Shown: positions 56,106 through 64,000 of the stretch, in pieces
Layout of the letters: each line of letters begins with the position of its first letter
How positions within the stretch are numbered: position 1 is the stretch's first letter
Source: Rhynchopus sp. YZ270_cl-10
Lineage: Eukaryota
Assembly (NCBI GenBank): GCA_964035575.1
Contig: OZ037838.1
Span: 248,001-312,000 of the forward strand
Direction: 5' to 3'
DNA length: 64,000 nucleotides
Notes under the pieces: model-generated
What the model saw: only the letters and a program-made list of their open reading frames with translations
What the model was told of the DNA's origin: nothing
Database searches by the model: none
Program-made: the position numbers and the translations under genes

Positions 56106-57811
56106 GTTGGTTGTTCCGGGGGTTGGACGGGTACCCGTTGGGGGAGTATGTGCGTGACGAGGGGGATGACGTGGTGGAGGCGGATGTTGAGACGTCTGCG
56201 GCGCCTCCACATGTGCTCTTGGATGATGTCGCTGGGGTCTGGGGTGGCCCATCTGGGGTGAAGCGGCAGGTGCTTGACTCATTCCCGGCGGGTCTGATTG
56301 ATTTGGGGGCGCTCCGCCGACTGGTACCGGCGAAGGCCAGGTTGTTCGCAATGCTTGACGACATTGCGACTTTCCGTGCGCAGCTGACGGGGTCTGGGGT
56401 GTCGATGCCGGGCCCGCCCTCCAAGCTCCAGGACGGCATGTTGGCGGCGTGCGTGGGTAGTGGGATTTTGCGCACGGAGAAGCGAGCTTTCCCGTCGGTG
56501 TGTGGGCTGTCTGTGTTTCCGCTGGCGAAGACGAACGGCAAGATGCGTCTCATCGTTGACGCACGGCCGTTGAACACGGCGATGCACTCCCCGCCAAAGT
56601 TCAGCCTCCCTACACCATACGAGCTGTCGGAACTCATCCTACGCGGGGGCGCTACGCATGCAGTCGTGGCGGATTTTAAAGGGTTTTTCTGGCAATTCCC
56701 TTTATCCGCGGAGGTGGGGCAGTTTTTTGGTGTGCGGCAGGGTGCGCGTCGCATGCAGCTTACCCGCATGGCGATGGGGTGGTCGTGGGCGGCGGTGATT
56801 GCGCAGGAGACGTCGCTGGGGCTTCTCGGGGATATGGCGGGTGTGTGTGCTGCTGCGTGGATAGACGACAACCTCATTTTGGGGAAGTCGGCGGGTGAGG
56901 CGTCTGCGCGGCTTCGGGGGTTCCTGCGCAGAGCGGACGAAGTTGGCGCTGAGGTGAACCGCGAGAAGTCGACGCTCACTCCGGTACAGGTGTGTACCTA
57001 CGCAGGGATTGAGTGGGATTTGCGGGGGCGCAGAATGCGGCTGCCGGGGGAGTGGCGTCGGAAGGCCCGTGTCGTGATGGACGTATTGCTGTCGGCGTCG
57101 GGTCCCTCGCTGCGCGAAGTGTGGAAAGGTATCGGGGCCGTCATCTGGGCGACGTATGCGATGGGGGACCGGTTCTGCGGGGTGCCGGACATGTTGGCGT
57201 GGATTCGTGCGCGGGGCGCCGAGGTGTCTGCGGGCGCGATTGACTGGGACGACCAGGTGCAGATCTCTGCGGGCATGCGGACGGACTTGCGTGTGTTTGT
57301 GGAGCGGCGATTGGTGCCGGATGTGTGGCGCGTCCCCAGGTGGAAGCTGTCGCCGGAGGAGGGGTGTGACACGGTGGTGTGGTCGGACGCGTGCCCCGAG
57401 GGGTGGGGGTTTATTGTGCGGACGCTTGCTGGCGGGCGCGCTTTCAGGAAGTGGGGCACGTGGTCCACGGTCGAGGATATTTTCATTTTGGAGTTGCGGG
57501 CGATGGCCTGGGGCGTGCTGCATGCTGTACGTGGTGGCGCCCGCAGGATTTTGGTGGTGGGGGACAACGCCGCGGTGGTTGCTGTGCTGGAGAAGGGCCA
57601 CTGTGCAGTCAGGTTAGGGAACACGGTCTTGGAGCGCCTGTTTCGGGTCACTGACGGGGCGGGTGCGGGCATGTTGTCGCGCTGGATCGCGACGGACCGT
57701 ATGCCGGCGGACGAGCTGTCGCGCTGGGGTACCGCTGGGCAGGACTGGGCCGACCCCCCGTCGGACGGCGTGGTGGTCGACGGTGGCGGTTTTATGTGGT
57801 CGGACGAGTGA
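55802..57811 (+). CDS. Reverse transcriptase / RNase H (start uncertain; frame open from 54716)
   Basis: RT motifs KMRLIVDARPLN, ADFKGFFWQFPL, RMAMGW, WIDD, VNREKS and YAGIEWD. RNase H motifs WSDACPEGWG, IFILELRA, GDNAAVV and ADELSR. Confidence 0.92.
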   Translation: MGTRASLGGRTGRAVVCSDRDAVPAPHASGGGGSAGRVLGALASQGVSAGPAILGDERGRTEGRAAPRVIQNDGALPHAYGARGSQEGTLDAGRPAGAAAVGWLFRGLDGYPLGEYVRDEGDDVVEADVETSAAPPHVLLDDVAGVWGGPSGVKRQVLDSFPAGLIDLGALRRLVPAKARLFAMLDDIATFRAQLTGSGVSMPGPPSKLQDGMLAACVGSGILRTEKRAFPSVCGLSVFPLAKTNGKMRLIVDARPLNTAMHSPPKFSLPTPYELSELILRGGATHAVVADFKGFFWQFPLSAEVGQFFGVRQGARRMQLTRMAMGWSWAAVIAQETSLGLLGDMAGVCAAAWIDDNLILGKSAGEASARLRGFLRRADEVGAEVNREKSTLTPVQVCTYAGIEWDLRGRRMRLPGEWRRKARVVMDVLLSASGPSLREVWKGIGAVIWATYAMGDRFCGVPDMLAWIRARGAEVSAGAIDWDDQVQISAGMRTDLRVFVERRLVPDVWRVPRWKLSPEEGCDTVVWSDACPEGWGFIVRTLAGGRAFRKWGTWSTVEDIFILELRAMAWGVLHAVRGGARRILVVGDNAAVVAVLEKGHCAVRLGNTVLERLFRVTDGAGAGMLSRWIATDRMPADELSRWGTAGQDWADPPSDGVVVDGGGFMWSDE

Positions 57812-58603
57812 TGTCCTTAGATTATTCTTATTTTAGATTGCCTTCTGTTTTTTCTTCCAGCTTTTCATTAAAGCTGTTTCCCTGCCCTGTTTTTTGTCCG
57901 CTGTTTTTTTTTTGCAGTGGCTTTTGGTTTTATTTCTGGATGCCTGCGCCCGCTGAGGCTTGGTGTCGTATCATTGGTTTTTTGTTCACTCCGCCTTTTT
58001 TCTGGGCCCTCGGGGGTCCTGTGTTTTTGTTTGTAGTTGGGATGGATGCTCTCGTGGCCTACGGGTTTAAATATTCTACGTGACGGTGTCAGGAGGTTGT
58101 TTCGGCTTCCACATTCGCCCCCCTCATCGTAGCGCCTATTTCGAGATAAAAGTATCCCCCTTCCCTCCTCTCCGTTTTCATCATTGCTGTTCGCCCTTCG
58201 CGGGTCTTTTAGGTACTCTCTATCTATCTCAGATCTCCCTGAAACACGCTTTAGCGGAGCAGCTTCGCTGCGTGTTGGGAGATCTTTGATAGAGACTACC
58301 GTCCTTTTGATTTGACATGGCACGCACACTGCTATTTGGCAGAATATTTATTTGATTTTCCTCAGGCTTTGTCCTGGTTGGCCGGGGTCCGTTTATGTTT
58401 CAGTCTCTACCCTCACCAAATCACCACACCATCTTCATCAGATTTTTTGTTGGAATTTGTTTTGGGTTGTTTCGGCTTCCACATTCGCCCCCCTCATCGT
58501 AGCGCCTATTTCGAGATAAAAGTATCCCCCTTCCCTCCTCTCCGTTTTCATCATTGCTGTTCGCCCTTCGCGGGTCTTTTAGGTACTCTCTATCTATCTC
58601 AGA

Positions 58604-58677
<74 letters not shown>

Positions 58678-59049
58678 AGTCACTAGTGAAGTAGCTTTGC
58701 TACGTCTAGGGAGATCTAGGGATCTATCAGAATCTTGAAAGAGCTTGAAACCGAGGTTATTTTATTACTTTTTGCCACTTACTCAAGTAAGGTTGGAAGG
58801 GGAATTGAGAACACAAACACAACACGAAGCAGAATTTCCACATTTTTTCGTTTTTGCGTTTCCCCGATCTCACTCCCCCCGTACGTAAAAGACAGCACCC
58901 CACCCTACTCCCCCCGATAGTTTGATTTTTCGACCTCGCAGGACTTCACTCAACTACAACTACAACCAACAGGTACACTGACTCTTCCCTAGATCTCCCT
59001 CTCTCTCTCTCTCTCTAATTGGCTGTACGCTCTACACATAGCGAACTAG

Positions 59050-59150
59050 CCAGGTAGAGTTTGGCTGGGGCGGCACATCTGTTACACATTAACGCAGGTG
59101 TCCTAAGGCAAGCTCAGTGAGAACAAAACTCTCGGAGCATAAGGGGAAAG
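59050..59150 (+). pseudogene. Degenerate ~100-bp fragment of LSU (28S) rRNA, domain V
   Basis: gagtttggctggggcggcacatctgtt...aacgcaggtgtcctaagg..agctcagtg matches a conserved eukaryotic LSU segment; no flanking rRNA. Confidence 0.8.
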
Positions 59151-59195
59151 TTGCCACATTCAAGCTATTGTAGTAGTGCTCCGGGAGGGGTCGAT

Positions 59196-59433
59196 ATTGA
59201 CAGGTCACTGACAGGTCATTGACAGGTCATTGACAGGTCATTGACAGGTCATTGACAGGTCATTGACAGGTCATTGACAGGTCATTGACAGGTCATTGAC
59301 AGGTCATTGACAGGTCATTGACAGGTCATTGACAGGTCATTGACAGGTCATTGACAGGTCATTGACAGGTCATTGACAGGTCATTGACAGGTCATTGACA
59401 GGTCATTGACAGGTCATTGACAGGTCATTGACA
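59196..59433. repeat. Minisatellite (ATTGACAGGTC) ~21 copies
   Basis: Direct reading. Confidence 0.95.
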
Positions 59434-59788
59434 CAGGGACTTTATACACACCCCCCCTGATATTGACAGGTCGTTGACCGACTTCCGAAAGCACCATACC
59501 GTTTTTTTCTTGAAAACATGGTTGTATTAGTGTAGCCACCCTAGAGTGTGCTCCACTCTTCTTTATTATTGTGGATGACAAGAAAAAATTAGCATACTTT
59601 TTTTTTTTTGGATAGGGTTGTGGATCGCTGTTTGAAAACTTTAGTTTTGCATCAGTGTATGAACACCCGAGGATGACCACTCTACTCCCCCCCACCTCTC
59701 TCTGCCTCACTCCCATTTATCTACTCAATTTTTTTTTCCCCCCATTTTTTTGTAATCTATACACCACTTCCCCTCTTTGTTTTCTCCT

Positions 59789-61222
59789 TTAAAAGCACGG
59801 AGGAGACACGGAGGCCACTCTGCTTGGGAAGGGGCTCATGCTGCGAGACACACTGCGCTCTTCTGAGCTCATTTCGCATGACGTGCTTGCGCTGTGCTCC
59901 CTCCATACACCTGAGGCAAGTTGCATGCGGGTACGCGCAAAGGAGGAGAAGGGCGAGTCTGTGAGTTTCACACCCCCTCCCGCACCCCCTGCGTGCATAG
60001 TATTCGCAGCCACTTCGTTCAGCGCACCGCGCTCCCGCATGGAGAACCGTGCTGCAGGAGGTGAAGCGGATGGTGGTATACATGCTCCCACACTGTCCAC
60101 CTCCGGCAGCACAAACGCGGAAGAAAAGCTCTCCACAGTGTCCCTACCGCCATGCACAAAGACCCGCCCATTTGACACAAACGCTGCTGACATTGTCCTC
60201 GTCGGCACCGCACCGTCCTCTCCTATGCGCTCCCAGGTTATCTCCTCTGTGACGTCCTCAGGGAGCTGCACAGCATAGGTATCGTTCATGACACTGTAGC
60301 CCTGGTCTTTGGAAGGCTGCACCATGGATCCACCGAAGATGACGAGGATGTCTGCCTTGGTGGAGTGGTCGTTTTCGTCGTAGATGGCGAAGTGTGCTGG
60401 GGGTGATGCGGGGGAGCCACAACGTTGTACCATGGCGGCACAGTGCCCCACGCGGGGGTAGGGCTTGGCACTGCCAAAGGTGGTGTGCAGCTTGACCCAG
60501 GTTGAGGTGTCGAAGGTGAAGCGGTGCAGGTCGTTGTAATGCGTGCCCGCTGCATCCCGCCCGCCGAAGACGTACATATGCCTCCTGCAAGAGGAGAGCT
60601 GCGCGGTGTGGCGTCTCCTCCCTGTCGGCACGGCGCCTCTCTGGCCAAGATGCGTCCAGCTCACAGAAGGGAACCCATTGCTTCCCCGCGTCTGCGTGAA
60701 GCTGGCCTGCCACAAATCTGCCAGAGACTTCGAGGCAGACATTCCTCCGCAAATGATCATGCTTGAAGTGTCGGGGGTGACGACCGCGTGGCCCCACCTG
60801 GCGCAAGGTGACGCCGCAGTGGGCGAGGCAGCACAATACTTCCATGTACGAGAGCGGACGTGGAGGAGGTAGAGTGCGTTCGATAGGACACCTGCATTCA
60901 TCATCCCGCCGAAGACAGCAATGTACTCACCTCCGCACACAGCAGTCGCGGTGTGTGCGAAGCAGCCGTGCGGGATGTCCCCGGTTGCGTGCACCTGGAC
61001 CCACCCCTTGCCAACGGTGTGCTGCCGGAAGACCTTGTTGCTGCATTCATCGCCGAACTCTCCCTTCGCAAGCCCGCCGATACAGAACAGCTGTCCACCG
61101 ATAGGGACTATGGCGTGTCCACTGATGCAGCCGGTGGTGGAGGCGGGTGCAGTGTGGTGGTAGGGTTTGTGCTCAGAAGCAGCCTCGCTCTTGTTGCGCG
61201 AGGTGAGGATCTTCTTCAGCAT
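59789..61222 (-). CDS. Kelch-repeat protein
   Basis: About six GH/AH...FGG...(D/A)L Kelch units (SGHAIV/CIGG, AHTA/VFGG, RWGHA/ICGG, RRHTA/VFGG, RVGHCA/IFGG, VHGG). Confidence 0.88.
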   Translation of the reverse strand: MLKKILTSRNKSEAASEHKPYHHTAPASTTGCISGHAIVPIGGQLFCIGGLAKGEFGDECSNKVFRQHTVGKGWVQVHATGDIPHGCFAHTATAVCGGEYIAVFGGMMNAGVLSNALYLLHVRSRTWKYCAASPTAASPCARWGHAVVTPDTSSMIICGGMSASKSLADLWQASFTQTRGSNGFPSVSWTHLGQRGAVPTGRRRHTAQLSSCRRHMYVFGGRDAAGTHYNDLHRFTFDTSTWVKLHTTFGSAKPYPRVGHCAAMVQRCGSPASPPAHFAIYDENDHSTKADILVIFGGSMVQPSKDQGYSVMNDTYAVQLPEDVTEEITWERIGEDGAVPTRTMSAAFVSNGRVFVHGGRDTVESFSSAFVLPEVDSVGACIPPSASPPAARFSMRERGALNEVAANTMHAGGAGGGVKLTDSPFSSFARTRMQLASGVWREHSASTSCEMSSEERSVSRSMSPFPSRVASVSPPCF

Positions 61223-61616
61223 CGTGTGTGGGTTCGGGGGGGGGTTTGGGGGTTCTGGGAGGTGGGTTGTGAGAGGTGGGGGAGGTGAGGTGGCCCCCCT
61301 GGGACGCCCCCAAAATTCTACTAGGGCCTTTTCATAGGTTTTCTTGCTGTTGAAATGTTTTGAAGTGATCTTTCAAACAAAAGAAACCCAGGTCAGGACA
61401 GAGTACGTGCAGGAAAACCACCGCCTGTCAGCAAGGCAGAGGTTCTGTGTGTCACCCGAAAGGAAAAGGGAAAAGGGAAAAGGGGTAAACCGTTCTTTTT
61501 TCTGTTTTTCTTTTTTTGTTGTGTCAACAATCTGCTATGTGCAGGATCTGTACTCAATGTCGTAGGAAGGCAGTTCATAAAAGATAAAAAGTGGGAGAGT
61601 GTCCACTGGTCACACA

Positions 61617-62708
61617 TCACTCACTGTTGTGTGGGTACAGATGCCGTGTTACAATATCGCCATCTCGTTGCATAGCCACAACAACACGTGAACACGGCGA
61701 TATCACAAAGGATTCCCAGGAGGAGACTGAGACTGGCGGTATCACATGCACACAGGACATGGTCGACACATCATACTGGTGCAGGTGTACATTCCAATCA
61801 TCATCAGGTACCCTTGCCACAAGGTACTTCCCACACGGGGTGAACTGCATGCCCTTCTGAACATGCCCACCCACACGAGCACTGCGAAGAGCCGCACCAC
61901 TCCAATCAAAGAGGTGCACTCTGCCAGAGCCCGCCACAGCAAAGACAGAGGCAGACCGTGAAAGCGCCAATTCACACCACAACTCATGCACACATGCCAC
62001 AGCAACACCTGTGTTCACATCCCACAGACGTACGTCCGTACCACATGTTTCGGAGGAGGTGATCACCCACCCACCACAGTCCGACACTGCCGCGTCCCTG
62101 CACACCTCGTGTGAGAGAGTGCGGAGCAACGTCAGGTCTTCGTCATACACAGAGACGCCGTCTTTGCCCTTCGAGACAACAACATTGTCACACGCGAACA
62201 CTTTGAACGAGGGGCCATCAATTTTGCGGACCACCTCCCCACCCGGAAGCGCAACCTCGAGAAGCCAATCCCCACACGCCAAGTAGCAGCGTGTCTTGCA
62301 CTGCGAGATGGCAGGCGCAGGGACCACTTTAGTGTCCACTTCAAACGAGAAGACAGTGTCGAAGGTTTCTGTGTCGAAGCCAACAACATTCGCACCATCA
62401 GCATAGACGCAGAGCGTTCCACAACGCGACAGCGACAAGCATTCTGCGCACACACTGTACTCAGCAGGACACTTGATGTCAGCAAAGCGGCGGGCAAGCA
62501 CAACCTGCACCCCTGCATCAAACGCAGTGTCCTGCAGACGGCACGTCCCCTCCAGCACCTGCGTGCCGATGCGCATCTCGACAGACGCAGGCGAGACAGC
62601 AAGCGCCGTGCACGCAACCTCCTTTGCCGCTGCAACGTCCGCCTCGCACGGCACCTCCACTGTCGCAGTCACGCCTGACTCTTCCAGCACAAAGGTCACA
62701 TCCATCAT
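61617..62708 (-). CDS. Ubl + beta-propeller protein, copy 9
   Basis: Same architecture. Confidence 0.85.
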   Translation of the reverse strand: MMDVTFVLEESGVTATVEVPCEADVAAAKEVACTALAVSPASVEMRIGTQVLEGTCRLQDTAFDAGVQVVLARRFADIKCPAEYSVCAECLSLSRCGTLCVYADGANVVGFDTETFDTVFSFEVDTKVVPAPAISQCKTRCYLACGDWLLEVALPGGEVVRKIDGPSFKVFACDNVVVSKGKDGVSVYDEDLTLLRTLSHEVCRDAAVSDCGGWVITSSETCGTDVRLWDVNTGVAVACVHELWCELALSRSASVFAVAGSGRVHLFDWSGAALRSARVGGHVQKGMQFTPCGKYLVARVPDDDWNVHLHQYDVSTMSCVHVIPPVSVSSWESFVISPCSRVVVAMQRDGDIVTRHLYPHNSE

Positions 62709-63620
62709 ATTGTTAAGGGCTCTGTTGTGTTTGATGTGATGGTTGGTGGTGTCACTTCGCAACGACAAATAAGAAGGTTGGTGGGTTAAATACGTGTTTC
62801 AACAAACTCTGACAAAGCGAGCAATTTGAAGATACCCTGCGGGAAACACACGGGAGTGAGGTGTGAGGTGGGCGACCTGAGACAGGCAAACAAGAAAAAA
62901 GCAGCAACAGGGCTGAAAGGGGAGTTTCTTGGGGGTATTTTGAGGGTCTTGGGTTCTTTTGCTAGTACCTAGTACCCAAGCAAGCAATTTGAAGATACCC
63001 TGCGGCAAACACACAGGAGATGTGAAAAGAAACCTCATGACCTGCCCTTACTGTGGTGAGAACGGGGAAGGTACACAACCGCTCGTTGGCAGGTTTGTGT
63101 AAGCGTTTAACGGCAAACCACAAAACAACACACAAACTCTTGAAATAGTAGGATCGGGTAGGTAAGTAAAGTTGTTTTCGTTGATTGCACAATCCTCCTG
63201 TTTGAGGAGGCGCCGCAGGCGAAAAAAAATTGGGATACGGTGTAAAAATGCTTCCTTTTACACTACAGAATCACTCAACGAACCCTTTTTTGAGTAGCAA
63301 AAAATGAAAATGGCGCCGCAAGCAAATTTTTTTTAAGGTGCAGCCTGGACGGTGCATACAGGCTCGGGAAAATATTGGCTCCCTCGGGGGAGACAAAGTG
63401 ACCCCCCACTATAAAACCCCTAGGAGGATAATCCTCCACCCGAGCCCGCCAAAAAAAAAAAAAAAATGGAGGAAATCCTCCACCAAAAAAGCCTGAAAAA
63501 TCTTAACGTACACTCTCTGTTGATTCTAAAACGGGGGAGGGTAAAAAAGGCGTGAAAGGTAAATTGGGGAAGAGGTTGAAAAGTTGGAACGCTTCCTCAC
63601 CCCAGATCACACTCCATGAT

Positions 63621-64000
63621 TCCTGACTCCTCAATCGAGCACTGCATAAGCGGGTCGGACTTCGGCAGACGCTTCAGTCCCTCAACAAGCTTGGGCAGGT
63701 CGGCGGGGGAGGAGCACTCCACAGCGACACGCACAGCGGGCGATACAGTGTACTTCATGTCCTTCAGGGGGTAGCACTCGCTCTCCTTCTCGTCGGTTGG
63801 TCGCAGTCTTCACAAATGTAACCACAGGGCACGTCCTCAACACGGCCTCCTGGTAACGCTCCATTCTGAGCAGGGTACAATCGCTGCGGCGCTGGATGTT
63901 CTTCACAGCCATGTCCTTCTTGGTTTCGGATTTGTAGTTGGGACCCCTGGTGCGTGCCTTCTGTCCGTCCTTGATCTTCCCAGAGAAAGACACGACCGAA
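63621..64000 (-). pseudogene. EEF2: Frameshifted fragment of eukaryotic elongation factor 2
   Basis: The minus strand gives FSGKIKDGQK..GPNY..IQR..MERYQEAV and, after frameshifts, [47 protein letters not shown], ending abruptly at the element's left module. Confidence 0.85.

Larger units (their letters stand above)
53314..58610 (+). mobile_element. Full-length tyrosine-recombinase (DIRS-order; VIPER/TATE/Ngaro-like) retrotransposon with split direct repeats A1...B1-A2-B2
   Basis: A1 53314-53571 = A2 58241-58498 and B1 58095-58240 = B2 58465-58610. ORF order is gag, YR, RT/RNase H. Flanked by (CT)17 at 53280-53313 and (CT)32 at 58609-58672. Confidence 0.93.

Noticed and set aside
54411..57672. 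Long - strand ORFs within the retrotransposon
   Set aside because: Antisense shadows in GC-rich DNA with no recognisable motifs.
59050..59150. Functional fragmented rRNA gene
   Set aside because: Only ~100 bp, with deletions in conserved positions and no neighbouring rRNA modules.
7148..62708. Diversity-generating retroelement driving propeller variability (an RT is nearby)
   Set aside because: Variation includes indels and all base types across many loops, with no template/variable repeat pair showing adenine-specific changes. The RT belongs to a self-contained YR retrotransposon.

Overview
Eukaryotic (protist) genomic DNA, most consistent with a euglenozoan such as a diplonemid (inference). 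Every host gene over the 64 kb lies on the - strand, cis-introns are canonical GT-AG, and the adenylate cyclases and an eEF2 relic are of kinetoplastid type. Housekeeping and signalling genes: a GNPTAB-like Stealth GlcNAc-1-phosphotransferase, exportin-2/CSE1 (5 exons, 965 aa by my exon reconstruction), a CNBD K+ channel with a PDZ-like domain, and a Kelch protein. The main signal is a family of nine ubiquitin-like + 7-blade beta-propeller genes: the Ubl domain and bottom-face turns are near-invariant, while essentially every top-face (ligand-binding) loop is hypervariable and shuffled between copies, suggesting a diversified receptor repertoire. Also present: two membrane adenylate cyclases with divergent TM regions, three stathmin-like genes, an in-frame ankyrin-NLS-CSE1(C-terminal) chimeric gene, and an intact tyrosine-recombinase retrotransposon (gag-YR-RT/RNaseH, split direct repeats) integrated in a (CT)n microsatellite. 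Non-autonomous elements include stacked and nested TIR/foldback elements and a TIR-less element that appears to capture gene fragments (eEF2). There is also a 28S rRNA fragment and several perfect minisatellites. All calls are from reading motifs by eye; no searches were run.
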